DNA from: Eledone cirrhosa
Taxonomy: Eukaryota
DNA length: 64,000 bases
Assembly: GCA_964016885.1 (NCBI GenBank)
Contig: OZ024740.1
Coordinates: 270,568,001-270,632,000, forward strand
Reading direction: 5' to 3'
Made by a program: the position numbers and the translations under genes
Notes under the pieces: generated by a model
What the model was told of the DNA's origin: nothing
Databases searched by the model: none
Seen by the model: the letters and a program-made list of their open reading frames with translations, nothing else
Shown here: piece after piece, positions 48,693 through 63,046 of the stretch
Position numbering within the stretch: position 1 is the stretch's first letter
How the letters are laid out: every line of letters begins with the position of its first letter

Positions 48693-50369
48693 CTGACTGC
48701 AGTAATTTTAACAACATGTCGTGAAACATTCATTTGGAAAGCTGAAGTATGTCTTTCGACAAATATGAGACTCGTTTTCCTAATATTTCTAGGTAAATTG
48801 ATTAGTATTTGTTTACATATTTTTATACATCTGCTAATATTTCTTATTCAGTAATGTTATATTAAAGGGGTTGTTAGTTGTTATTATCTCCATTCTTTCT
48901 CATATAGAACTTCGTTCTATTGTCTTATTAATAGTCTTTTGTGTAATTAAGTACAAAATAATGTATCATTAGTTTCGATTGTAATCGCTGTGATTTTTTA
49001 TATCGATTTCTTACATGTGTAACATTTTAGACTGATGCATGTGTAGAGATTATTGATTTATTGACATTTGCTTGTGATATATTTATTTTCTACCAATCAT
49101 GGATTCTAGTCTGTTTGTCATTCACCAGATGCTGGCTTTCTTCTGTATCTGGTAGAGCGTAGACATATCGTCAGGTTGTCAACAGAAAGATGGGCGGTTT
49201 ATATTCTGTTATGACCAACACACTTAGCTCATGATGTTTCACCAACCCTAGAAGGAGCCTCTACGTGGTTGATCGACATGCTAGAAATATCAGCTAAATG
49301 CTCTCTTAATTACACCTAACCGTCTTGGGAAAGAAAAAAATCTCGTTGGTTAATAGTAGTCATAGATATCCTTAAAAGACGAATGGTCACAGCTGTAATA
49401 TATTTGTTGGTTAGCCTGTTCGACTAGGGTTGACCTGGGACTAAACAACTCCCCATGATATTTCAGTTAACTTAGCTGCCAATTAAATTTGGGTAATGAA
49501 GACCTCGGTTAATAAACACATTAGGCTAAACAAAATAAATGTCACAATTAGAAGTCACCCTAAATACAAGGTCTCAGATTGTAACCTTCTTTCATATCGT
49601 ATTTGTTATTAAAACATTAACATTGATTCGACGTACTAGGTGAGGTACCCGGCTTCGCCCGGGAGAACAGTTAAGTGAAGACGGATAAAAAAGAAAACTT
49701 CTGTATTGGATGTGTTGTCTGGTTTACAGTATGAGATGAGACCGTAATGTGTGTGTGTGAGAGAGTGAGACATACAAAAACAAACAATCATAAAACTTCC
49801 TTATTAGGCTGGGAGAGTAAACTACCGATTAAATGGTAGCATTGGCCTTGGATTTTAAATGTTGTGAAATAACCATAGTCAGTATGATCTTTTTCAGCTC
49901 CAAAGGACGTCATCTGAAACGCAGCAATATACTGCATAACATTGCTTCGGAAGTGTTTAGCTTCGTTAGTATGGTCTGTAATCAGACTATGGATAAAAGC
50001 TGGAGGGTCCTCTGTCAGTGGAAGTCTGACCTTTCCTCCTAAGCAACACATGCCAAGTGTAATATCCATGCTACCAATTTCGACTTTAGGATCATTTCTA
50101 TAATTCTTTGATTGATCATATGAAAACGCAGCTCTTAACTAGTTTATTCTGCCTTGAAGAGTCGTTTGTACTCGTCGAGTTTGCATTGAGACTGTCATTA
50201 CCTCTTGGTGATTTTCATATTGAACCTATGTTTATTGCGATAGTTTTTCTTCTTGCCTTAATCTTTCTGTTTCCTTTCTCAGGTTCTGTACACTTTCAGA
50301 AAGTTTTGATCGTCTTTCTTGTAGTCTTAACCTTTCTGTTTCCCGTCTCATATTCTGAATTAGGTCAAT

Positions 50370-50563
50370 AATAATTGTTTCTACTTTTGGCACAAGGTCA
50401 GCAATTATCCTAGTGTATTACTGGCACTTTATTTTATCGACCCCATAAGGATGAAAGGCAAAGATAACCTCGGCAGGATTTGAACTCAGATCATAAAGGG
50501 CCGTAACTCTATGCGTCAAAGCATGGCATCCGACTCTCTACCGATACTGCCAATCCACCGCTC
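50370..50563 (-). mobile_element. tRNA-derived SINE, family A, nested in the Helitron
   Basis: Homology to 6540-6727. Confidence 0.85.
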
Positions 50564-50767
50564 TAATTAGTTCAATAATAATGACACTATACTCAAAAAG
50601 CTAAATTAATATACACCATAGATTAATTTCAAATAGTATCAATTTTTTCTGTGTTCTGCAAAATCAAAGACTGGTGTAAAACAACTTTATAAAAGCTAAC
50701 GCAATATTGTTAAACATTCAACTGATACTTTGATCTGTTTAAGCCGATTCTAGACTTTTGTGGGACC

Positions 50768-51021
<254 letters not shown>

Positions 51022-52519
51022 CCTCTCCCTCTGTGTCTCTTTTTAGATGTGTGTGGGTTTGTTATATCAGTCATCACAGAAATGTATGTATACTCACACA
51101 CATAACCCACGCACATATACTTGTCAGTCATCACATAAATATGTGTAGATGTAGACGTGTGTGTGTGTTTAATTCTCTGTGTATCTGATTAAATATTTAT
51201 GTGAAGATAATGTGTATACTAAGGCCTAACGTAGGTAATGAATTCACAAACACACACACACTCTCTGACACATACACACTCACTGACACATACACACTCA
51301 TATACAAAATGTGACGTTGTCATCGTGATGTTATAAAATGTTGTTTACTCATAGTTGACTATAGAAAGATTATTTTAGATGAAATGTTATATTGTTTTAA
51401 TCCAAATGAAAATGAAAAATACATGTTGTTAATCCCGGGTCGTATTACCTTGTAAAATTTGATTTGATTTGGTCGAGCCGTTTGAGAATACATAAGGAAA
51501 AGACAGACAGACAGAGAAACAAAGAATTTTATATAGAGAGAGATATATGGTCCTGTAACTCCCGAGGTAGTTGTTGAGGTGTACAGCATTGACATACGGT
51601 GTTTTAAGGGCATTTTTTAAAACCCGGCGGAGTCCATCTCCTCTCAAGGTCTGAATACAGCAGGTTTCTTCCCAAGAAGGATATAGAGAGTGAGAGAATG
51701 GAAGTGAGAAAGAGATATATAGGAAAAATCGGCTCCAGTACTAGACTGGTACGTTTTTATCAACCTCAAAAGGATGTAAAGCAAAGTTGACTACATTTAT
51801 ACTGTTGATTAAGATTAGATAGTTCGATCTCTAATTTACTGTCTGTTGAAAGAGAGACAAGCACTTTTTTAACGCTGGGTAAAAATAAATAAATAATGAA
51901 TAAACCGTTTTCTATTCATCTGCTGAGAGATTTGATAAAGTGTTAAGTTATCTGAAAACAAAGGCTCTGATGAAGTGTCATTTTCCATATTGATCTACTT
52001 ATACCAATAACACTTGGAAAATACTTCTCTTATTAAGCTTTCTCTCTTAATTGAAGAAGCTACGATTATGTAACATGACCATGCATTTTAGGAATATAGC
52101 GCATGTGTAGAAATCTTGAGTGTAATAAATGCCTTGTAGTATTTAGTTATGTCTCTTTACATTATGAGTTCAAATTCCCTAATGTCAACTTTATTTTCAT
52201 CTTTCCAGAGTCGATTAAATAAGTACCAGTTAAATATTGAGTATAATTTAATCGACAATACTCTGCTCCTACTTTTCTTTGTGGAAAAGATTCTTGTGGC
52301 CCTTTCCAAAGTTTTTCTCTATCACCTTTTTAAAGATTCCAGATGGCTAGTTCATATTTGTGAAAATAACTTTATTGAAGTTACATATATTGTTGTGAGT
52401 GTGTCAGCATTATTAACCCTTTTGTCTGAAGACTGCCACCCTACTCCTACCCTAATATGTCATCCGCCTCGTAGTCACGGCCAAAAGGGTGGAGAAAACA
52501 TTGCCCTGGAGTAGGGTAA

Positions 52520-53775
52520 GGGAGACGCACTGGAACAGCTACTCCAACTCGAGATCTTAAAAGCCTTAATTAGAGTAGGTATTCTCTGGCTGACACATGT
52601 GAGCTGGGTGACCTGATCTCTGGAATAGCACCTAAGCAATGGCAATTGGGAGTGATAATCCCAATATTCATAAAGGGGGACAATAGAGATAGCTCCAATT
52701 ATAGAGGGATCTCCTTGTTAAACTTCCTTGGTAAAGTCTATGCTAAGTGTCTAGCATATACTTTACCAAGGATGTAGGGAGATTGTTGAGTCTAAGCAAG
52801 CTGATGAACAGTATGGTCTTGGCCCCAAATATTCACACTGCAGCAGGTCTTTGAGAAATCATCAGAATATTGCCAAAAGGTGTATTCTTGCTTTGTAGAC
52901 CTTGGAAAGGCATATGACTGCATTCCATGGGACCTGCTGTGGAAGGTTTGGCATGAGTATGGGATCAATGGACAGTTTCTTGTTGCTCTGGTTTCTCTAA
53001 ACAAATGCCTGAGCATTTGTGTTTGGATAAATGGTGTTAAATAAAAACCATTCAAGGTGGCACTCAGATTCTGCCAAGGGTGTGTACTGACACATCTCCT
53101 ATCTATAATCGTCATGACATGTGCACCTGGTTTGGAAGTAGTATCACAACTAGTTGGTGTAGGATCAGCCGACTGGAATTTGCAGATGACAGGGTATTAC
53201 TTAACTCGTCAGAAGGTGAACTCTGATATGCACTTGATAGGTTTACTGCTGAGGGCTGCACAGTTAGAATGAAAGTCAGTATGGCAAAGACTGAGACACT
53301 TGTCCTCTCAAAGATGACTCCGCATTTAATTCTGTATTTGGCCAACCCTTATATATCATCATGAATTTTGGGTAATGACCAAAAGAATACAATTGCAAAT
53401 ACAAGCAGCTGAAATGGTGTTCCTCCAAACAGTCTATGTAGTAATGTTACTCAATAGAGTGCATAGCTCGAGGATCAGAGAGTCGCTCCAGGTAGAGCTG
53501 CTATTTCTCCAAATTGAGAGATCACAGCTTTGATACTATTGGTGTGTAGTTAGAATGTCCTAGGAAAGAATCGCTGGACATTTTTATGGGCAGAACCATC
53601 TGGTAGTAGACTCCCATGCAAGATGGTTGGATAACATCCATGGGCTCAGCTGATCTCGCTTAGAGATACAGCCAGATCAATTGGAGACAGTTGCTTCTGA
53701 CTGAACCTGCTGAAGCAGTGTTTGGAGACTCTGCCCCTATGCCCCTCTCAGGAATAAGTGGGCAAAGAAGAGAAG
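52520..53775 (+). mobile_element. Degenerate RTE-clade LINE
   Basis: WQLGVIIPIFIKGD...SNYRGISLLN..GKVYA, FTLQQVFEKS.EY...CFVDLGKAYDCIP, IQAAEMVFL. Many stops. Confidence 0.8.
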
Positions 53776-53929
53776 ATATGTTCATTTGAGGTGTAGTTGA
53801 ATTGCAGGCAAACTAACAGAAAAGTTAGACTTTGTATGTGGCAGATGCACAATGATAGTTGGTAGTAAGCATCAGTGAAATAAACTGTCTCCAATCCCTG
53901 GAAAATACCATACATAGTTTTTTTTTTAC

Positions 53930-54735
53930 CTAGTTGACTTAATTAGCAGTGGAGGGTGTTGCTCCAAAAGCATAGTACCTAGACTAAGAATGAGATGGAA
54001 AAAGTTTGGGAACTACTACCTTTACTAACATGCAGTTAAGGCACATTTCTTCCACAATGATACAGCATTAGACTGGTTGTTTGCATATTCCTTCATGTGG
54101 TCCACTGAGCATTCGGTCATCTGGGTAGCTTCCAGTTCATTATTTATACTTCCATCAGCCTTGTGTTTAAGAAAGGTGAGTTTTTCAACAACTAAGTCAA
54201 GAGCATTTGTATCCTCTCCTACTGTAAGAGATTTCTTCTGCGTTACCAATAATTTGTAGGTGAGAAATCTCACAGTTGATGTATGTATATATATATATAT
54301 TAATAATTAAGATGCTTGTATACGAACAGCAATGTTACATGGCAGTGAGACATAGGCATTGTGTGCAGAGGACCTGCGCAGACTGGAAAGGAACGAAGCT
54401 TGTATGCTCCATTGGATGTGTAATAGTAATATACACGAACGGCTAAACATAAACGAACTAAGTGAGAAATTAGGAATAAGAGGGATCAGATGCTGTTTAC
54501 TTGAGAGAAGTTTACGTTGGTATGGTCACGTGATGTGCATGAAAGACGTCAGCTGTATAAAAAATTGCAGGACGATCAAAATTGATGGAAGTTACAGAGT
54601 AGATAGACCCAGAACAGCTTGGGATGACTTGATAAATTCCGACCTTGCACACTTGCACCTCTCTAAGACAATGTCACTGGATCGAGATCTTTGGTGCCAC
54701 GCAGTAATACAGAAGACCTGCGTTCCCTACGTGCA
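53930..54735 (+). mobile_element. RTE-like LINE 3' relic
   Basis: MLHGSET*AL...EDLRRLERNEACMLHWMC...LRWYGHV...RPRTAW. Confidence 0.75.
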
Positions 54736-55719
54736 AAGTTAACCTACAGTCAGTAGGCCCCTCCAAACCAAACATACATCCAAACCCACTACTCCTACTC
54801 CACCCTTCCACTCCCGCCAACACCACCCTTATGTTGGTACCACCCTTATGTTGGTACCACAACATCCAGTCCAAACTAATGAGGTTGTGTAGGTGTCACA
54901 ACAACAAAAAAAAGGGAGAGAAAAAAAAAGAAAGAAAGAGAGAAGGGGAAAAAAACAGTCCATGCTGTAATGTGGTCATGTAGGTAACATGGTAAAAAGC
55001 TCCCAGTCCACACTGTAAATGTGGTTGGTGTTAGGAAGGGCATCCAACCGTAGAAAGCCTGCCAGATAGTCCTATACGAGTAAGACACAGTCACCCGACC
55101 AATCTTACCTCAAATGGGACAATTCCTGTCTAACCCATGCTAGCATGGAAGATAGACGTTAAACGATGATGATGATGATATATATATATATATATATATG
55201 CAATGAGCTTCCACACAGTTTGGTGAACCTAAGGCTACAGTGGAAAACACTTACCCAAAGTGTCTTCCACTGAGACTGAACCCAAAGCAACATGGCTGGA
55301 AAGCAAACTCTTAAACCACACAAACATGACTTATAGAAAAAAATAATACATTATTTTACACTTTTCAGTCATTAGAATAGAGCTATGGTGAGGCCCAATA
55401 TTAAAAGTTTTAGTTGATTATATCGTACTTAGTCCATCTAACATTATTTGTTAAACTGCTAAGTTATAAGGCATAAATAAAAAGCACTAAATTTTAAGCG
55501 ATGTAGATGTAAACTCAGACATGGACAGTCTTGTATCAGACGCTGTGAACCCTGGTGGACCAGCAATCTGTTGGAAGGGATAAAAACTGCCAAAGTCCAT
55601 CTCAACGGCCGATGACCCTGGAGTTCAGTCTCCTTAATTTGTATTTCTATTTTAAAAATAATTTTTTAGGTTTCCTCTTAAAAAAAAAGTTTATATATAT
55701 ATATGTGTGTGTGTGTGTG

Positions 55720-55754
<35 letters not shown>

Positions 55755-56141
55755 TCTGCAGTCACTACCTATGTTTCAGTATCCTGCAGCATCACACTTT
55801 GCACACAGGTTTCATACAAGTGTCCTTTCATTGTCAACAGAGGGAGTAACTCTCTAAACCCCTTCCATAAATCCTCATTTTAGTTATTATACTCACAGTT
55901 ATTATCGTCCACTGCTAATTAGAGGACCTAGGTAGCAGAAGCTATCAACCACTTCTATGAAACCATGTAATTGGAGAAAGTTTATCACTGATGCTCTTAT
56001 TATCGATTACCCCTGTGCATCTATTACATTCAAAGTCTTTCTTTCCTGTTAGTCTGCTTGGGTTTAGCTCTCCTACAGTGATCTAAATATCTGAAGCACT
56101 ACTGACATCAGCTCATGGCCAAACTTTGAGTATGAATGTGA

Positions 56142-56197
56142 ATGGTCAAGGCAGAAATTGCTGACTGTGGAATTTATGATGAAAGTATAACCCCATA
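56142..56197 (+). CDS. Candidate first coding exon of the TSNAXIP1-like gene (MVKAEIADCGIYDESITP-Y)
   Basis: ATG with an in-frame upstream stop. Strong donor GTGAGT at 56198. Ends in phase 2, matching the next exon. Upstream acceptor candidates at 56052 and 56078. Confidence 0.45.
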
Positions 56198-56464
56198 GTG
56201 AGTGCATTCAAAATACAAGCTCAAAAGGAGTATAAAAAATTATATGACAAGGTCTGTATGTACCTTCACTGGTCACTGTAAAAAATGAGGATATCAGCTG
56301 TCCAATAAGTGATAATGTCCCAGAAAGTGTCCTTCAGGACAGAGACAAACTCAAGATACTTTCAGATTTAAATTTTTAAATGTTCCCCCAACATGCCACG
56401 ACATCTTGAGAAGGAGCCTGAATGCAGCTTTGCTATGCAGAGAAATGGAAGACAAACAAATACC

Positions 56465-56615
56465 GGGGATTGTCCGGCCACTGTCAAGACGTCAGGCATA
56501 CTTTGACCCCATATTGTCGAGTTCCTCTGCAAGGCCAGAACATTGGTGGACCATCTGAGGAAGAAGCCATACGAGGTGGGGTGGCACTGGCCATTGTAAA
56601 GTGATCATTTTGCTG
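56465..56615 (+). mobile_element. CRE-clade 3' fragment
   Basis: Nucleotide homology to 7160-7310 and 31650-31815. Confidence 0.55.
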
Positions 56616-56916
56616 TCATGACAAAAAACATCCAGCCCACACTATAAAGAGGTTGTGTAGGTGTCACAACAAAAAGCACACAGCCCACACTGTGAAATGG
56701 TCATGCAGGTGTCACGAAAAAAAGCACCCAGTACACATTGTAATGTGGTTGGTATTATGAAGGGCATCCAGCCATAGAAACAAAGCTAAAATCAGTTCTG
56801 TATGAGCAAGACACGGTCACCTGATCTGGTTTGTCTCACATAACATGGACAAATGGACAATAAACGGTGATGATGATGATTCTAATATTCCTTCTCAATT
56901 TTTCTTCTACTTTTAG

Positions 56917-57016
56917 CAAGCAGCCATTTCAAACGGAAGCACTACCCAAGAAATCATATGTGTATTACAAAATTGGGGACAATGTACATAAGCTGCCAGT
57001 TCCAACTTCATTGAAA
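56917..57016 (+). CDS. TSNAXIP1: Internal exon of the TSNAXIP1-like gene (KQPFQTEALPKKSYVYYKIGDNVHKLPVPTSLK)
   Basis: Acceptor TTTTTCTTCTACTTTTAG, donor GTGAAT. Phase 2 in, phase 0 out, joining in frame to PYIDT... of the next exon. Confidence 0.55.
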
Positions 57017-58671
57017 GTGAATATCTTTTTCAGTAACCTTTTTTATATTTTCACCTGAGCTGAGAATATTGGTGTCAGGTTGCAGTTCTCATTTATATCT
57101 TATCTATATGTTAACTTTAAAGAAAACTCTATTTTTACCCATCATGGTTTCTAACTGTAATTAATAGAAAGCTTATGGCTGAAAGATGACCAAAAGTGGG
57201 TGACCGACAAAATTCAAAGGCCAAGTTTTCAGTGCTGTAAGAATGCTAAGGTTATATAATAAATGAGAAGAGTAGCAACTAGATGAACCAATGGGATAGC
57301 AGATGACATGCTATATAATTGACAGTTGGCATTTCATGACCAGCGCTGCAGTGTTTCTATGTTTAAACATCTTAACTTATTTTAACCAGAAAACTTTGTT
57401 GTCAATATCTACTGCAGTGTTTGTAAGCAGTGAGATGAGAACATTGTGAATTAAACATCTTTATGGGCATTTTGTTAGCTTATAACACTTAGTTCGTGTT
57501 TTTCTATGGTTCTGAATAATATATTTTTTTACCTATTTATCAGGAAGGAAAGAGTTGTGTCTGTGACACTGGCTGGAGAAAAGGAGGACATTATCCTCAT
57601 ATTTACGACTTCACCCAAATGCTTACAACAGAGTCATGGGTGGTGATAATTAGTCTCTGCTTCAGTCTGCTGTAAGTTTGGAACAGCACTGATGTTCAAG
57701 TTCATATGAAAGAAAAATGTACTTGAGTGATTTCTCAATTTTGATTGGACAGGTTTAGCAAAAAGTGGCCATCTTAGACCATTGCTTTCCCTTCCTCTGT
57801 GATTTTGGTTGAAAGGTTCATAGGCTAACTATGAAGGAGTGATGCTAGAGCTGTGAAATCTTGCATGCATTAATTTCAACTCTTCTTATTAATAACTGCA
57901 TTGTTGAAAAATAAACCCCATTTGGTCATTCCATGAGAGTATATTGGTCAGCCTATGAACTTTTCAGCTGATTTTTATACAAGAGGATTTGAATTCAACA
58001 CTACACAAACAAAACACTATCTTACAGTACTGCTGTTAGTAAACTATGTTGGCTTGAGGTTCCTACTTTGAGTTTGGTGAAATTTAATGAGTCAGTTCTT
58101 TTGACCACAGACAAATCAAAATACTGGTCATCAGATTCAAACCGACCTCTGTCTTGTTCATAGACTGTACTGTCTCCACTCAATCTGCTGTTAGAGTGGC
58201 CTCATTTTAACTTAATTTTTAGTCAGTAGACTACTTAGTTTTTAGAGTTTCCACAATTTTTGTTGTTATTTATCTTTCTCGTAACAACTGTCTCTGAGGA
58301 GCCTCTACTCCTCATAGTTGACTAGTCTCATGCCATCTCTCTTCGACCATTTTTGACCCACTCATCTATCCTTATAGCCCATTTTATGTCCCTTTCTCAT
58401 GACCTATACTAACCATTATAATCAATCCTTTTCCAGGATATTGATCTTGTGGAATTCCCTCTACACACGTTTTCTACGCAGTTATCAGTTTGCCTCTTTT
58501 CAAGCGGAACATTAATCGACAGACCAATCCAATAAAAGTACCTATAACCTCTTAGCTGATCGCTCATTGCCCTATCACTAAATCTAATTAACAACTAAAC
58601 TATAATGAACATTAAAAGAATTGTAATTTACTTTGCATTTTAGGTGTTAATTATGTTCTGTATTTGCCTTT

Positions 58672-59250
58672 CAGGTGGCAAATTAGCAGAGTCGTTAGAA
58701 CATCGGATAGAGTGCTTTATGGTATTCTTCCAGTTCTCTGCTCTCTCAGTTCAAATCCTGCTGAGGTCAACTTTGCTTTTCCTCTTTTCGAGGTTGATAA
58801 AAAAAGTACCAGTCTAATACTGGGGTCAATTCTTCCACTATATCTCTTTCTCATTTCCTCTCTCTCACTTCCTATCTTTCTCTGGAAGAAATCTGCTGTA
58901 TTCAGGCCTGGAGAGGGATGGGCTCCGCCAGGTTTAAAATGCCCAAGAAATGCTGTATCTCAATACGGGGCCCCTATGACATCATCAGGAGTTACAGGAC
59001 CATACATATATTTGCCTTTCATCCATCTGAGGTCGATAAAAGGATACCAGTCTACTACTGAGGTCGATTCTTCCTCTATATCTCCTTCTCACTTCCTTTC
59101 TCTCACTCTCTATCCTTCTCTGAAAGAAATCAGCTGTATTCAGATTGGGAGAGATGGGCTCCAGCAGGTTTCAAAATACCCTAGAAATGCTGTATGTCTA
59201 TACTGTACCCCTATGACTCCCTCAGGAGTTAAAGGTCTATACATACATAT
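58672..59250 (+). mobile_element. tRNA-derived SINE family A long-tail variant plus a tandem partial copy
   Basis: B-box AGTTCAAATCC, TTTGCTTTTCCTCTTTTCGAGGTTGATAAA. Body repeated at 59012-59250. Confidence 0.7.
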
Positions 59251-60417
59251 ATTAGTTATGTGACATTGTCAATCTATATAAGATACTTAGAATATTATTG
59301 TTATATATGTGTGCAAACACTTGACACTATCAAATGAAATGTGTGTGGAGGGATGTTCTTGTGTTGCTTACATATAGTGCATTAGCACACATATCTATAC
59401 TTGAGGAGGAAAGGTTTTCTTGGTGCCCTTGTTATTTAGCCCTAGGCATATCCCCAATTCAGCAGACCATTGATAAATCAAGTTCGGACTGAAAAGCTTC
59501 TAATCAATCAGACCTAACTGATCAAAGGTATCCCACTTGTGGCCATCTCGTTTTGGGGTTTTTTTTTGTAGGATTACATTGTCAAATATGTTCTTCCTCT
59601 TTTAATCTAGTAGTGTGTGATTTGAAGGAGATATGGTTGTTACTTATAGCACATTGCACATCCACATGGCACCTTTAGGAGTTTGGCACCATATAAAGCT
59701 AGTCAGTATTATGGGAAGCCCTGTTAAAGAATTTATGATAGAGTTTCAGATTTTGTACAAGCTACAAAAAGCAAATAGTAATGAAGTGGTCTCTAAGAAG
59801 TTACTCAACTTGCTAGAAATAGCAATCAAATCTCCTTCAAATAACAACCTATTGTCTTCTTAAAAGGAAAGACACATTAAGTAATATTCTACATATACTA
59901 TATCTGAAAAATAGGCAAGATAATCGAAGCTGCAATGCCTTTGATCATAGATTTACTGAATCACATCTAAACTGGTGTTACATAATAACAACCACTTCAA
60001 CAAACACTAAAAGGTAAGACAGATTCTTGTAGTCCCTTATTAGGGACACATGGAATTGAACAGGATTTATTTTTAAATGCTATGTAGGTCTGTTATTATA
60101 AGACATTTGACTAATCATTGATGCTGTTTAGGAAAATAATATTCAAAATAGTAACACACTTATATAAAACAAAAATGTAGACATTTTATTTTGTAGAACT
60201 AATGAAAATATAAACTGGATAGTTTGCATCAACATTTCAAGTAAATCCTTTTGTCAGCAATAAAACATTTATTTATGATATTTCTGGTAGTTCAGAGCAG
60301 TAGAATCATAAACATTTTTTTTTTTTTGCAGGGTGTGGTTAATGTGTCTATGCAATGAAGAACTTTGTTTGAAATATCATTTACCTTGTCTCCTCACAAA
60401 ATGCCAACTTTGCAGAC

Positions 60418-60770
60418 GACCCTTTACGTTCTGAATACAAATCCCGCCGAGGTTAACTTTGCCTTTCATCCTTACGGCGGTTGATAAAATAAAGCACCAG
60501 TAATGCACTGGGGTAATTGCTGGCCCTGTGCCAAAAGTTGAAACAATTATTAAGGATTGGCAGTATCGGTAGAGTGTCACACAATATGCTTTTCGGCATA
60601 GAGTTACGGCCCTTTACGTTCTGAGTTCAAATCCCACTGAGCTTAGCTCTGCCTTTCATCCTTACGAGGTTGATAAAATGAAGTACCCGTAATAAACTGG
60701 GGTCGATTTAATCGACTTTCCCCTCCCAAAAAATTGCTGGCCTTGTGCCTAAATCAGAGACCATTATTGA
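60418..60770 (+). mobile_element. Two tandem family-A SINE units
   Basis: CCCTTTACGTTCTGA...GCCTTTCATCCTTACG occurs twice. Confidence 0.8.
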
Positions 60771-60874
60771 AAACTAACAAAAGTTTTCTTGTCCTTAGAA
60801 TGAGTACATAACATTTTTCATTCAATTATTTGTGAAATTCACTGACTTTTTTTCTTTCTTTTACTAAAATACAG

Positions 60875-61120
60875 CCTTACATTGATACAAGGACTGGGGT
60901 AATTGATACCTGGCCCTGTAGTTTGGGAAAATTCAGCCACACCAAAATAAGAACCATATTGACAAAATCTAAAAGCCTGTTGTTTTTGGAAGACAAGAGC
61001 TACAACAGATATGGTAGAACAGGAAAAGCTAAGCTTCTTGAACATCTAGAAAGATATCTAAAAGAAGAAATTGCCCTATTGGGTGGAGATTCACAAATTA
61101 ATTTAATAGATAACTTCAAG
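60875..61120 (+). CDS. TSNAXIP1: Exon of a translin-associated factor X-interacting protein 1-like gene
   Basis: Branch point-like ACTGAC, polypyrimidine tract and CAG acceptor, donor AAG|GTAATT. 246 nt, phase 0/0. PYIDTRTGVIDTWP...KAKLLEHLERYLKEEIALLG resembles TSNAXIP1 N-terminal WP...KP..LE.LE.YL.KEL..L (recognised from memory, not searched). Confidence 0.7.
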
Positions 61121-61169
61121 GTAATTAGTTGTATCAAATTATGCTTACACTAAACATTATTCATCTTAT

Positions 61170-61470
61170 CTCATCTCATTTGTCCTGTAGCCTGGTAGAC
61201 CGTTAGCATGCCACAGATGACCTGGCAACAAGCTTCTTCCATTTCTCTCATCTCTCCGCCTTCTTATGGATACACCCAGCTTCATTCTGGGATGTTGTCC
61301 TCCCATCTCTTTTTCTGTCTACCTCTTTTCCTCCTTCCTTGTACTGTTCTCTGCAGGAGAGTCTTGACAAGCTCTGAAGATTTTGTCACGTGCCTGTACT
61401 ATCTCAATTTGCATTTTTTTGACAATGATCAGTAGGTCTCCGTAGGGCCCGATGGCTTGCCAAATTCTGT
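61170..61470 (-). mobile_element. RTE-like LINE 3' relic
   Basis: Minus strand reads ...KLR*YRHVT...TLLQRTVQGRRKRGRQKKRWEDNI. Confidence 0.6.
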
Positions 61471-62200
61471 TTCAGTATTCAGATACTAAATTTCAAATAC
61501 ATAACATTTGAATGTTGTTGTGTTTGTGTGAATTTGATATGGAAGTTTGAAACATTCCAGTCAGTCTTTGCATATCTAACACGCTCTTGATATCTCCATT
61601 TCTATTAGAAGATTCATGAGCTCTGCTATTCTCTCTTGGGGATCTAGCAGATCAATTGGAGATGGTTGCTTCTGATACCAGTTCCATGGTATGGTCATGT
61701 ATCCCACCACAATTCCTTGTCCAAAATCATCCTTCAGGGCATAATTGAGGGAGGGCAAAGAAGAGGCAGACAAAGAAAATCCTGGTCCGACAACATCAAA
61801 GATTGAACTGGTCACAACACTGTGACCCTTCTACACATTACGGATAATATAGACCAATGGCAATGGCTGATTGCAAAATCATCTAGATTGGCACTCAACA
61901 ACTAACTGGCTGCACCAGTTACCAGAGCATGATGATGCTTTTGATAGGACCCACTGTGCCTCATGAGTCATCCCAGGAATAAGTGAGTGAAGAAGATTTG
62001 GGCTCAGCACTGTTGCATGCTAATGAAATACTTAGTCTCTGCGGTCTATGTAACTATACACCTCACTGATATCTAAATAAATAGAGGATTAGTATGGTAA
62101 ATGTTTGAGGATCTTTGTTATATCCCTAATAACAGCTGACCCTGTGGGATAGTTGGATCTAAATCATTTATCTATTGCTGTAGGTTATCTTTATCAAATA

Positions 62201-63046
62201 CTAGCAGTAAAGCCCGGCGTTGCTCGGGGTCGCTCAGTAGCTGTGTTAAAGTTACAATGTTAAGTTTCTTTCTTGGCTTAAAAACTGTAGAGTCTACTGT
62301 GCAGACTTGCATGTGGTGTTGTTGATTAATATTCCCTCAACCAACAATATGCCTTATGAAGTTAAGAAAACATAACGATAACCCGAATGTTATAACAAAA
62401 GAGGATGCTGGGGATAAAAACTGCACTGGTTATTTATTAACAAAGATCGAAAATGTAAACACTGCAACGCAGAGAAAAACATTAGCGTAACCAAATTATC
62501 AGTTATGTCTGTCTGCACGCCTATATCACCTCTCTGCACGACTGTCTGTCTGCACGCCTATATCACCTCTCTGCACGACTGTCTGTCTGCACGCGTATAT
62601 CACCTCTCTGCACGACTGTCTGTCTGCACGCCTAACGACGAAATATTTGCTTGTTTTACGTAGTCTTTAAATAGACTTGTTTTCAAGTAAAAATATTGTT
62701 TTAAAATGCTTTTAAATGGAAATGAAGCAAAACGGAAGCTTAGTGTTCGAACTGATGAATTTTGCTGGCTCGACAACTGTTAAAGCCAGCGTAATTTTTT
62801 ACGTAAGACGCTCAATGTAAACAGAACAAAGGGAAATAACTGATAACTTACGCTCAAAAATCGATACATTATATTCGATTTCGTCACATAGGGTGGGTCA
62901 ATTTGAAATTTTTTTTTTCCGATGTCTTCGCTAGGGCTCAATGTACAAGTATAGCAATTTCGGTGCAATTCCGTGAGAGATTCTAAGAGGAGATGTGTGC
63001 CAAAAATCGATAGACAGACAGACAACCACAGTTTTATATATATAGA
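62201..63046 (-). mobile_element. Complete non-autonomous Helitron (846 bp) with an internal 37-bp tandem repeat (62506-62633)
   Basis: 5' A|TCTATATATATAAAACTGTGGTTGTCTGTCTGTC. 3' CCCGAGCAACGCCGGG hairpin + CTAG|T. Inserted between A and T with no TSD. Confidence 0.85.

Noticed and set aside
51915-52030. Possible degenerate tandem hammerheads (CTGATGA-AGTGT...ACACT-TGGAAA)
   Set aside because: Extra bases before GAAA and no convincing stem I or III. Cannot be supported.
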